Source: Phallusia mammillata
Taxonomy: Eukaryota
Assembly: GCA_965637545.1 (NCBI GenBank)
Contig: OZ281501.1
Location: 7,130,001 to 7,194,000 of the forward strand
Direction: 5' to 3'
Length of the DNA: 64,000 bases
Under the pieces are notes generated by a model. That model saw only the letters and a list, made by a program, of their open reading frames with translations, was not told the DNA's origin and did no database searches. Shown in pieces: positions 46,578-59,645 of the stretch. The stretch's first letter is position 1. Each line of letters opens with the position of its first letter. The position numbers were made by a program, and so were the translations under genes.

Positions 46578-49500
46578 GTTGACCTTCCGGCTGACACCGA
46601 AGCCCCTGTGGTGATAGAACGAGTTCACAATCTGACTGTTCAGCGGGGATCGGACGCATCTTTCCGGGTGCGATTTCACGCCAAACCCGAGCCCGAAATC
46701 AGCTGGTACAGGAACGAGATCAGACTTGAGGAATCTGACCGAGTCAGCTGGTTTTATCCTGAAGACAAAGTGTGTGAACTAATCATTCGCAACACAACGA
46801 CTGATGATTCGGGATCTATCTCTGTGCGAATTAGCAACATTGCCGGACAAGCTGGTAGTCAAGGATTCCTTCTAGTACAAGGTAAGAAACAAACTTACAC
46901 ACGTTAAGGGCATTACTCCTTGCCTTTTTGGGTAAACATTTACATTGACGTTAAAAAGGCAGGCCTTTAAAGAATAAACGTTGGCGCTTTTTCCAAGCCT
47001 TCGGTTTTAAAGTTGTTTTTCCGAATTCTTCTGTTATAATTTTCTTTACATTTCGGGCATTAATTCTACTCTAAAACCTACTACATCTTTTATCTCATTT
47101 TCTTCTTTTTCTTCAACTCCTTATATTTCTCATCAACACTCGCAGAAACCAAAGAGGCTTTGTGCTTCACCGAAGAACTCCACGACATCACAGCACACGA
47201 GAACGACAAATCAGCTATTTTCGAGTGTTCACTTTCTGACCCGAAGTCCCAAGTGCAGTGGTACTTCCGCAGTGAGTCTGGCGCCACCGAGCGCGCGTTG
47301 CACGACGGCGAAAAATACCAAACACAGTCAGACGGTTCTGGTCGTTTCTTGCGTGTCAGCTCAATTGCGCTATCTGATTCTGGAAGCTTCTCTTGTGTCG
47401 TAATGACAGAACAAGGCGAAGAGATGCGCTCAACAGCTCAACTATCTGTTGAAGGTATAAAACGCAATTAAGTCTTTCCTGAATGAAAAAACATACGTGG
47501 TAATGCTTGGGAGACCGGCTTAATTTGGTATAACACCTTCAAAAGGCCTGGCGTACCATGATTCACTTATGACAAACCTCTCAGAGTTCTCTTTTATTCT
47601 GTTATCTTTTTCATCCTAAATCGTTGCGATGGTCTTCGTTTCTGATCAACTTAACAGTTTTATCAAATTTCTAATTTATTTTTTTGCGCTTTCAGCTGTG
47701 CCAAAGAAAATCCTGTCCGGTTTGAAAGATGAAACTGCCCGAGAGGGAACACCTTGCTATTTTACGGTCGTTGTTTCACATCAAGACGTGTCAGGGGTAT
47801 GGCTCAAAGACGGGCACGAAATCGAGGTAACTATCTGTCGTTTTAATTTTAAAACAACCTCTTGTAAATTGCCCACAACCCTTCTAATGGCATTAATGGG
47901 GCGCAACTTTGAAATTTTTTTCACTAAAATGCGTTTCCATTTGCAGACAAGCGCCAAGTTTTCAATGGGAGAAGCCGCCAACAAAAGAACTTTGACAGTT
48001 ACCGACGTGAGGAAGGGAGATGAAGGAGTTTATGAATACGTGTTTAGCGGATCAACCACCAAAGCTCGCTTAAACGTTGAAGGTACGCCTCAATGTATAT
48101 TGTAAAACTAAAAAATACAACTTTTTGATCGCCATTAAATGTATGCTCTCAAATATTGTTTAATTTGCAATTAGTGTCTACGATTGCTCCACTTATCGTT
48201 TCAAATATTTTAATGTCTTATTCTTTTCAGCAATGACTGTTGAAATTTTGAAGCAACCAAAAGATCAAGTTGTGTTCGCTGGTGACGTAGCGACCTTTGA
48301 GGTCAAGGTGTCACGTGACAACGCTTCCGGTACTTGGACTCACAACGGTTCGCCCGTAGCAAGCTCCAAAAGGTGGGTGACCTAAAATGAACTTTTGTAA
48401 TGTGCCGAACTTTAGCCAGTTACTTTGTTCAAACGATTTCCTTAAACTGTCTCGTTAAGTAACCCACGGCAAATGTTGCGACATAAAACGTTTCTAAAGG
48501 TTTCAAAATAGGTTTTACGTAAGCTTGAACGCAACTTGTATGCTATAACGCTTATTTTAAAATCTGCACTTTTGTGATTTTAGAATCATCGCGACGTCAG
48601 ACCGCAACAAACACATTCTGATTATCGAAAGTGCAAGTCACGAAGACTCAGGAACTTACACTTTCAGTGTCGGAGGAAGTGAAGCCACTGCCAACCTACA
48701 AGTCAAAGGTAAACTAACTGAACGTTGCGAGTCCCGTTAATTGCATACTGGTCAATCGCATAGCTCGTTTAATTGCATCTGAATTGTGAAGCGATAAGCT
48801 ATCCTTTGTTAAGAAAATAATCTGCTTAATCACATGGTTCGGTTAACCACATAAATAAGTTTGGCAAAATGGCTATGCGATTAACTGGATTTGTCTGTGT
48901 TTAATAGTTTGTCCTCTTATTTTGAACAAATGTTTATAAATTGGTTACCTCATTTAAATTCCATCAAGGCTTGATAATCATATCCCTTATTTCTTTCAAA
49001 AGTGGTCAACATTGCCGATGGTGTCAAAAACGTGAACACCGTCGAGTCCAACGACGCTACTTTCGAGTGCAAAGTCAACCAGGCTAACTACAGCAACGGC
49101 AAATGGCTGCACAACGGACAGGAGATCAAATCGGACGGTAAACGCACAATCCAAGTCGACGGCAAAGTACAACGCCTTGTGGTTCATCAAGCCACTAGTG
49201 ACGACAAAGGATCGTACTGTTACGTCACTGGCAGTGACGAAACCACTGAGGCCTCGTTGGAAGTCGCGAGTGTGGAAATCGCTGAGGCGTTACGCGACGT
49301 CAGTGAAGCGGAAACAGCGGCTGTTGAGTTGACCGTGACACTATCTCGCGGTGGTGTTAAAGGTGTATGGTTCAAAAACGGACAACGTTTAAAGGTACGA
49401 GTTTAATCTACAATTTAATGTTAAAATAAAAGCGTGTTTTGATTATATTAAAATGTAAAGCAAAAACTTTTGATATTTTGTGCTATTTACCTATGATTTA

Positions 49501-52500
49501 CCATTATTATCTCTTGGTCACAGGAATCAGCAAACTGCTCTTTGTCGACTGATGGCGCTAGACACATTGTCTCCATACGATCTCTATCTGTTGAAGATCA
49601 GGGAACGTATGAATTCAGAGCCGGTAGCAAATCCTGCAGTGCCCAGATCTCCGTTCAAGGTGGGTTGTATGTGTTTAACCCCCTGTGTCTGTCCTGGCGG
49701 CGCCTTTGGCCACATATGATTGCAAAATCTCAAATCTAATGCTCAATACTTTAAAATTCGGTTGTAGTTATGAAAGGTGACATGTAGGATTATATTTAAA
49801 AAGCTGGTATGGTAGCAACAGAACACCAACACTGTTTTCCCTCCAATAACCTTTCAACTTTATTCTCAGGTGCTCAAATCACCAAGCCTCTCGTCGACCA
49901 ATCGGTTTTGGAAACCGAAACAGCGGTCCTAGAATGCGAGGTTGCCCATGAAGGGGTACAAGGAAAATGGCTTAAAAACGGAAAAGCAATCGAAGCCGCT
50001 TACACACAAAAATACGAAAGCTCGGCGGAAGGTCGCATCCACAAGTTGGTCATCAGCAACGTGAGCAAACAAGAAGCTGCCACGTATGCTTTCAAGTTCG
50101 GAAGCGCCTCGACTACTGCTAAATTGGAAGTCAAAGGTGAATATGTTGTCCTTTCTGTTAATTTTTAAAATCTGATTTCTAGCAAAAACACCTTTTCACT
50201 TGTTAATTTATCTGGCATTGCACTTGAAACGTTTGTACTTTACAGCTGCATGTTCATATTTACTTGATAAGGGTATTCACATACAGACACTAAAGTGCCA
50301 TAATATTTCATCATGACTAATTTTCTATTCTTTTTCCAGCTGTCAAGTTCGCCAAGGGCCTTCGCAACATGACCGTCGCCGAAGGTTCCGACGCCATATT
50401 CAGCGTTGAGATCGCCAACGATGACGTCACGGGCGTCATGTGGCAGCGCAACGGCGTCACCTTGCGGTCGGACGATGTCAAATATCAGATCGAGGCCCAG
50501 GGCAATGTACACACCCTTATAGTGCTGGAGATCAGCAAAAACGACGAGGCGGTTTACAGTTGCCTTGCCGGTTCGGCTAAAACCAGCTCACGGCTTTATA
50601 TCGAAGGTGAATGGGCTGATAATGCGTGAATGCTGTTGTTGTTTTTTGGTGTTTTGAATGCTCTATATTGACTTGTTGCTGCCCGCACCCGGCGTGTTTT
50701 ATTTTTTGCAAATAAACACCCGCGAGAGATTAACACTTGCACACTGTTTTTGTTGTTGGTTTGGCGATGAAATGCGCTTTAACTAACCCTTGTAGAGTGA
50801 GATGACTGTAGCTTTGCACACTAACACCTAACTAACCGCAGTTGCACTGTATGTAGTTTTGGGATTTTGCATTGCTCCGAATTGATCTAAAATGTCGTAC
50901 ACTTGTATGCACGACCTAATATTGCACGTTCAAAACGATAGCTCTTTCAAACACCTGAACATTTAACCAAAAGTTAAAATAGTACTGTAAAATACACCAC
51001 TAATTCAGCATAATGTGACTAAAATGAACTGTTTAGATTGATGAAAACTTATATTTTTGTACTATACCACACGCTGTACATAAATGCACATGTAGTTTTG
51101 TTAAAAGCACACAACCACAACGGGTCTTTATTTTTTGTACCCAGTTGTGGAAATCATTCGCAAACTGACCGAGGTTCGTGCGATGGAAAGACGAACGGTC
51201 GAACTCACGTCTGAAGTCAATAACGACAACGCAAAGGGGGTTTGGTTGAAGGACGGTGTGCCACTGCAGGAAGACGAACGAGTACAGGTTAATAACAAAG
51301 GCCAGGCAGATCGAAAAAAAAAACTTTTTTATAGTTGTTAGGGACAATGTCTGTGGAAAAACAGGATGAAATTTTTGCTAGGAATGTTTTTTAGGTCGAT
51401 CAAAAATTTTTGCTAGTAGAATCTTGCAAGTTTAAACACGACTTTAAAATGCCTACTTAATCACATATTTAAGCTATTTTAACTACAAACGTAAAGGGTG
51501 CTGTAGCAAAAAGCATATCCTGGTATTACAAAACATAGCTTCAGGAAATAATTTACGAAAATAGTATGTAGATATTACTTTAGCTAGCTATTTCTTTGAG
51601 ATGCTGAATGTTATCTCCAAATATTTGAAAAATAAAAAAAGCAAACCACGCAAAAAGTAAAAACAAAAACATTCACAAAGAAACAAATCAGTTCAATTAA
51701 CATTTACAAACTACTAGATCATTCAACAAAACCGACTTCACAAGCTGGTAATAAACAATGCTCGTCCCACTGACACCGGGTCATACCAGTTCAAAGCCGG
51801 ACGGTCGACCTCAACCACTAAGGTTACAGTTGAGGAGGTACACGTGACTTCACGCATGAGTGACACGGTGGTCAAGGAGACGCAAACCGCCACATTTGAG
51901 TGTGTTGTATCTCACGATGATGTACCAGCTTCTCTATGTAACTGGTTCAGAAATGGAGAACCACTACAGGTATTATAACGAACTCAGCCATGAATTTAAT
52001 CAAAGGCAACTGTTTCCTAGCATCCCTTTTCGCAAAAAAACAATTTTGGGGCCAATAAATTTAAGTTGAAGTCACCGAAGTTTCTGTGTTAAAATTTTGA
52101 TTTCCTGATGTTCTAAAAAGTGACATCTGTATTATCTTTTTAAGTGATTTTTAAACGCACTGTTTAGTAAAAAAACAACAACTTTCAGTTAAAACGCTAA
52201 AAACGTTACTTACTCAACTTTAGATGTGTCAAATTTGTTTAAATGAGCGCCAAGCCCTAATACATCTTTATAAAGTCTATACACTTCGCATCGTCGATTG
52301 AATTTTTGACTAGAAAATGTTTAAACGGCATTTCATCATGCAGTTACAAATTGCTTTGCAGTCGGGTGAGAACGTTACACTAAGTGTAGATGGACGAGTT
52401 CATCGCCTAACTGTTCGATCGTGTTCATCTGATGACACTGCCGAATATTCGTTCGTAGCTGGAAAGGATAAATGTACAGCACGACTTGACGTTCAAGGTA

Positions 52501-55500
52501 TGTGCTTGTGCACTTCGAGCAAAAAAGTTGTATTGAGTACACTATACCTCATATTGTACACTTATTGCTTATAAATACATCGATTTAAAACCAATTAGCC
52601 TACTAAAAATTTCGGTTTTGTTTAAGTAACTAAATGCGAATTAAAATGCTAAATTTTCTTGTTGTTAATTATACAAACGGCTACACAAATACCTACAATC
52701 CACTGTTTGATAATAGCTATGCCGTAACGTTTGGAGTATGATATGACTGATATTTTTTTTTGTTCAATGCAAATTTTTCAGTTCGTAAGTTTTGTTGCAG
52801 ATAAAAAAAAGCATTTCTAAACTTATTAGTTATTTATTAAATAAACGGTGATCGTCAAAGAACATTTTGCCTGTTGAAGGGTCCGAATTTCATACACTCT
52901 CATTTTTAAACTTAACAACATTTTCGTATTACCACCTTTCAGTCGTTGCCATTGTGAAATCACTGCCCAAAACAGTACAAGCAACTTCAAGTGAGGCAGT
53001 TGTCTTGGAATGTGCTCTGGACTCGACCAACATAAATACATACTGGACCAAGGATGGCCAAAGAATTGACTCGAGCCGAGAACATTCTGTGAAGTACGAG
53101 TCGAAAATCCACGAAACTGTTCACTCACTTAAGGTTAAGGACCTTACTGCTGAGGATGCCGGACTTTACACATTTGTGGCTGGAAGTCAAAAATCATCCA
53201 CTACGCTATACGTTGAAGGTTTGTAACACAGATTTTATCATTTAAATGCACAGTATATGCATTGGAAAGAAACTTTAAGTGGCGCATTGAAGTATAGCCT
53301 ATATGCTCGACTATAGTGGCTTTATTCATCATAAAAAAAAAACAATGTTTTACAGTGGTAAATAGCCACTTCTCAGAGGACTGTGATTTTATATCTACGC
53401 TGTGCTGTTTGTTGTTATTAACACACTGTAACCGACAGTAAAAGTGATTAATTTTAGTGACGTGTTAGCTTGTGGGCAGCGATGTACGTACATTCGTAAT
53501 GAGAAAAGTTTCAAATAGCAGCATTTATGAAAACACCCGGTTTGTTGTTTTCTAGTATTTTATAAGACTTTTCGATTGTGCTTTGCAGTTGTGACTGTGG
53601 ACATCACTAAATCGGTGAAGAATGTTGAGGTTGTTGAAAACAAACGAGCAACTCTTGAGTTTCAAGTCAACAAGCCAAACGTAAAAGCACAGTGGTTCAA
53701 AAACGGAATTCAACTGGACATGAAGCTCACCAAACGGTAATTTACCACACAATAACCCCCGACACATTAGTAAGACTAAACTTGACGAACAAGGGATTTG
53801 TAACACTATTTGAACCTATATATATATGGTAATGATGAAAATAACGGTCCAAATAGACGTAAAGAAAATTGCGATTTTTAACTTCAATATTGGAACTTTC
53901 TACTTTCCTCTAACGTGTTCTACTTTCCTCTAACGCGAATCCAATCTGAGAAAGAATCCCAGCCTTTTGGGGTGTGTTTGATCTAAACGTTCACTAACAA
54001 CCAGCGTACTTACGTCCGTTAAAATTTACCCAAAAAATCAAAGTTGTAGACCAAATGTTATCTCTGTCCGGCTGTGGTGTCCAAATTTTGTCGATAACAA
54101 AAAGACAACTTTCCGTCGCACACTGCTAGTGACTCTGTAAGAAGAGTAATCCTCATGTTTGTCGAGTCTCCTCTACGCAAATACGCGGCGTGAGTGATTG
54201 CGCCGACCAATAACATACTGTCAACACATGTTACGCGCTCTGCTCAAAGCTCGGCGGGAATCAGCAAACAACCGACCTGTCGCGGCGGCTTGGGGAAACT
54301 TTTATGATTCAATTGTGGTAGTAGAAGGTCTTGTCTTATTTGACTGCTTACAGCTTGTTTGGTATCCCGCATAGCAGTAACTTAAAGGGACAGGATTTAA
54401 GGTATTTTTCCGATGCAACGATGTAGTTTTGACTATTATCTGTTCTGTGTAAGGTTTTACCAGCAGTAACAAGGCTATTGATACTAAGGTATTCAATTTC
54501 ACGGCACAAGGCAACTAACTAGTTTACTTTTAACGGCTGATGTAATATAAGTTTGTTATTACTGCTCAACCTTTCCAGATTTTGTTAAATATTGGTGCAA
54601 TAGCTTTCCAGGTTTTTGTTAAACATAGCATGGTGCATTGCAAATTATGTATTCCTGGCAGTTGACTTCATAAGTGGACTGGTGTTATTGTAGTTCACGT
54701 TTGTGGAATAAAATATTTGGACTTTTCCATTTTTTGCACTGCATTATAAGATTTTTAACTTGAAACCAGATTGAAGTATGAAGTGGACGATTTAACCCAC
54801 CGCCTTGTCGTTGATGACGTAAGATTTGATGACGCAGGCGAATACACTTTCCAAACCGGCAAGCAACGCGCCACCACTTATCTCTACGTACAACGTAAGT
54901 TATACAAAATAAACGTATATTAGCAGCTCAATATTTAATACAATGAAAACTTAACGACCAAATTCCTGTTTTAGCACCAGAAGCACCTAAGTTCGTGCAA
55001 GAGTTGCGTAACTGCATTGTCATTGCTGGCGAGGCAGCCAAGTTTACAGTTCGTTGCTCTGGACGACCTATACCTGTGATAACTTGGTACAAGGAAGGTG
55101 TATCTATTGCTCCCAGTAAGTCGTTGTACATTTTATATTTCATACAACTTTATGTTGTTTGTCAGTCCAGTTGGTCCACAGTCAATTTTAAAACCAAGAC
55201 TTTTGTGAAAAAAATTACTTAGAATACATCAATCTAACCGCTTTTGTTTTATAGTTTGGTTATTCATAACCCGGTTTTTGCTTATTTTCATTGCTCCTGT
55301 TAGTTTAGAGGCATTTGTCAATGCAAACGACCCAAATAAAATCGTTTGCTGTTTGTTTGTAAGACCTGAATTTATTGTTCCAATGCACAGTAAGGAATAA
55401 AGAGAAAGCGACTGTGGAACAAAAATACGACGTGTAGTAGAACTGGTAAAAGTCGTATATTACTCTCCTAACAGTCACATTTAGCGTAAGTGGTGGCGCT

Positions 55501-56804
55501 TATCATCCAATACCACGTAATAGCGGTGGCACAGTCGTAAAACAAAGTTTGCGCTCCTCAATTAGATAACTGTAAATATACGGCTTGTCCGGACATGCGA
55601 AATGTGTCAACAACATCACCAAGATACAACACGGTCATTGTTTAACTCTGCGTTTTGATACTCCACTAGGCTTCAAGTACAAGCTTTTGCATGACGAAGA
55701 TCAATACACGCTAGTCGTGGTGGAAGCCGAACCTTCTGATTCTGGCGAATACGTTTGTGAGGCTAAGAACGAAGTGGGAACGTTCCGAACCAGCGCTACT
55801 CTTCAAGTTGACAGTAAGATAAATCACAATTTCTAATAAACCAGAAATCCATCCTGTTATTCATAGTTAAAAGCTTCATAATAGGAACACTGTTTTCTAT
55901 ACCTTTTGATATTGCAATACAAGCCATGAAAGATCGGGTACAATTTATTTGAGGGTTTAAAGTGGGCGACACTTAACAGAAGTATAGGTATGAAAGCAAT
56001 GCATGTTTACCCATTTAAAACAAGTTCCTGTTGAAAAAGATTGCAAGCTAGTCTGAAAACTACTTTTAACTTCCTATAAGAGCAAACCTTATCGTACTAA
56101 ATCTGTCTCTGAACAAAGGCTGTAAAATCGGCAAATATTGATTGCGGTGAAATTTCTACATAGGCAAAGAGCAAATGAAAGTTCCTGACACACCAGATGT
56201 TGTTTCACCAACCATCGTGGAACCAATGCAAGACTTTATCACCAGAGAAGGACAGAGTGCAAGATTTCAATGCAAGATCGGCGGCACAAGTAAGCTAAAA
56301 TAAATTTGTAAAGTTGCTACTCGTGAGCTTTTGATCTTGAAAATGTTTACTGGATTATGATAAGTTCTCTTGAAATGTATCACTTACAACAGCGTTTTTT
56401 TTTAGTTTGAACCAAACTGTATAAAAATTTTAAAACACTGAAACTATTTTTTATTTTATTAAGCTTATTCAATTTAATTATGTTCGATTAGTGCGATTTA
56501 AATAATGAGTTTTCAAGTATTTAAAACCACTCTCTATCTTTTTTGAAAACATATGTTCAGCTTCAATCTTCGTTTAAAACAGACTTAATTTAATCCACGA
56601 TCTTCGTTTGTACAGATCCTAAAGTGACTTGGTCTCGCGATGGCAAACGCATCAAACCTTCCCGCTACTTCAAAATCTCCGAGTACAACGGAATTTATCA
56701 ACTCGAAGTGACTGAGGCTTACCCAGAGGACGAAGGGTCTTACGCTGTCACAGCCAGCAACTCACAGGGCCAAGTGACGTGCAGCGCCACCTTGCGTCTT
56801 GACA
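46578..56804 (+). CDS. TTN: Titin, proximal I-band tandem Ig segment (I1 to I15-equivalent; 14 Ig domains counted); multi-exon
   Basis: Exons: 46578-46881, 47146-47454, 47696-47826, 47947-48082, 48231-48372, 48584-48708, 49003-49394, 49524-49659, 49870-50136, 50340-50606, 51145-51287, 51718-51969, 52362-52497, 52943-53218, 53589-53736, 54770-54894, 54975-55115, 55670-55813, 56164-56289, 56616-56804. I1 signature ESDRVSWFYPEDKVCELIIRN; I15 signature IKPSRYFKISEYNGIYQLEVTEAYPEDEG. Confidence 0.93.
47499..47565 (+). mobile_element. 5'-truncated fragment of the same SINE
   Basis: GGTAATGCTTGGGAGACCGGCTTAATTTGGTATAACACC...GGCCTGGCGTACCATGATTCA aligns to the body of the other two copies. Confidence 0.55.
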
Positions 56805-57676
56805 GTGAGTCGCGTAACGCTAATGACGTCACCATAGCACCTAGGCCTAGTCTCAATAACGTCACAGTAACATCTACAACCATTGATCACGTGTCGTATC
56901 AAGGACAGGCATCAAGGCATATTTCTGTAATGCTGCCTCGATTTAGTCCTGTTAACTCAATAAGATTGTGCAAGAAGATAAGTCTTGTTTCCAAAAGGGG
57001 TTGATATTAAAATCCTGCTTCTTTATAATCCTGTTGCATGCTTTTGTGTTGTCATATAACTGTCACGTTAACGTATTCGCGGCTTAGCTGGTAAATACCA
57101 AAATACTTTTACGAAACGTAATTGGAAGGTAAACAAACAAGCAAGCTAACACACATAATGTATTTAACAATAAAATCGGCGCGAGTCTTGTAACGCGTAT
57201 CACCAAACTTTATGCGTCATCTTTATTCTTTATTTTCTTTTCTCAAACTCACCCGTGTTCATGCAAGTGTTTTGTAGAATTTAGCCAGCAAAAGTGATAA
57301 AGGCACCTTAGGCACCAAACAGGTCTTTTAGTAGTGATTATGACGAGAAAAAGGTTTAATATAGCAAAGTTTGAATTCGAACTGAATGTAGTTTTGTAGC
57401 TTACAGTTTTTGTTATTCTAAGTTACATCGCTTAAGGTTATGTGTAAAATTAGATTCAGTAATAGGTAGTTGTACAAATGAAGTACAGTAGTAGGTATCT
57501 GCATCAAGAAAACGCCAGGAATGCTTCATTCATTTTTTTCACTTCATCTTTTACCTCTGTTGCTCTTACTTCATCTTCACTTTCCACTTGGGGTAAGACC
57601 TTTTCTTTCATTTCATTTCGTTTTTTTTGTGATGTAGTAGTTAAACGATTTAACAACTTTTATATTTTGGTCACAG

Positions 57677-59300
57677 TTGACCCGCCTCGAGTCATTGAAC
57701 CGTTACAGCCTGCCTACGTCATCGAAGGCAGTGCGGTAAAAATGGATTGTACGATCGACGGTGATCAGTTGGAAGTTCGTTGGTATAAAGGAGATAGAGA
57801 TATCACCGATGACCCGAGATTTAAGGTTTGTTATTGTAGCAAACCGTAGCTTCCAATGCAACGAAAATGATTTTCATAAATTGTGTAACAGTAATATTTG
57901 ATAGTGAAGATTAAAATCTGATTATCTACTATTTTATTTGCAGTGGAAATTGGAACCGAACTCCGGGCACTGTTGGCTTGTTATCCCACAATGTGTACCC
58001 AAAGACAGTGGAGAAATTCGTTGTCATGCCTCAAACTTCGCTGGTGAAGCGGTTTGCAGCACAGATCTCAGAGTTAGAGGTGAGAATAGAGAATTTTTTT
58101 TGCAGCACGTGATTTGCAATTGATAAATCATATTACATCGCATGATAAACCGCTTACTTAAGGTGTTACATATTGCTTTGCGATTTTGTATGAGAATGAT
58201 ATAATTTGTTGCGCAGTCTGAAACACACAGTTACATGTCACAAAATGTGTCTTATTTACACCAGAAAAAGGTTAGTTTTAAACAAATACACATGTTGCAG
58301 GACAAACATTTGGAAACTAATCTCACCTGAAGTACAATAAACCCAATACAAATGTCCATAACCCCTTAAATGACATTTATTTCGCGCACACAAATTTCTC
58401 TGTAATATCATAATCCGAATTCAAATCTACGAAATGAAATTGGTTTGTGCACGATTCAAGCGTACACTGCTTAACCGACATTTTTCCGCGAAAAGTGTGT
58501 GTTTCACCTGTCAAGCATGTTGTGATAAGACCGACATTAAGGCATTGCAATACTGAAACTGCTGTGCATGAACATTGGACAAGCTTGCCAACCACAAGTT
58601 GCATGAAAGGGGACACTTTTCACAAAGCAAGGTATGTTATGAGATAAGCTCTTCAGGCAACTCTGGTTAAACCCTAACACAAAAAATAACTAAAATAAAT
58701 TGAATCTCGACAATAAATTGAATTAAGTTACAGTTTGTATGCATGGTTTTATTTGGTACCTGCGTTTATTTGTGGTTTAGCAAATATTCCTGTACATTCG
58801 TAAAACTGAAATACATTTGTTTACAATTGCTATATCTAGATTCTAGACCAACAAAACAATGACTTTGTTTGTCGCAGAAACATCGGAATTGGACGACAGT
58901 GGCAAACAATATCTAAGCCACATTGAAATGCAACTTGTCAGAAATCCTACCAATTATGAAATAAGTTTGCCCGTGGACGATGTTACCACTGAGTTCTCTC
59001 CAATGGTAGCAGAGCCATTGCAAAGTACAAACGCAGTAACAGGCAAGGAAGCGAGATTTCAAGCGCGTCTGGCCTCACTGCCGCAGCCTGAAATAGCTTG
59101 GTACAAAGATGGAAAGCAGATCAAACAAGTGGGACCTAGACTGACGTCCAAATACCGGTTTTACTTTCAAACCCAGGCACATAGCCACACTCGTGGATTG
59201 ATAATTTCGCCAGTTGAGCCAAGCGACGCTGGTGTTTACGAACTAAGAGCATGGAACAAACTAGGCAAAGTGGCTTGCAGTGCTATGTTGACTGTTAAAG
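57677..59300 (+). CDS. TTN: Titin, two Ig modules after I15 (position equivalent to vertebrate novex exons)
   Basis: Exons 57677-57825 plus 57944-58079 form one I-set Ig (PPRVIEPLQP...WYKG...DSGEIRCHASN). Exon 58878-59300 encodes a linker plus an I-set Ig (PEIAWYKDG...DAGVYELRAWN). Both modules start and end in phase 1. Confidence 0.88.
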
Positions 59301-59645
59301 GTAATGGTTTTATCGACGAGCCTGTTAAAGGTTTAAACTCTCAAATGTTTTGCCAATATCTGATATACCTTAGCGTTAAACATCACAGATTCGTTGTAAT
59401 TACTTTAAAACATAGTAAATCATTTGTAAGATTTCTATTAGGCAACATTAACTGTTACCCCATATTTTACATGTCTATTTGTTGTTATCTGTTTTATTAA
59501 CATAACGATATTTTTATTTTCTCGTTGCACCTTTCGCTGTTTTCATTTTATCTTTCACACATTGCATTGCCATTTTCCTGTTTACCCGCCTTTTTGGTAC
59601 TTCACAAAAAAACATTTTTCATTGCGACTCATTTATGTGTCCTAG

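Noticed and set aside
54100-54300. GC-rich intronic patch with CCAAT as an internal promoter
   Set aside because: No associated ORF, donor or other supporting motif cluster.
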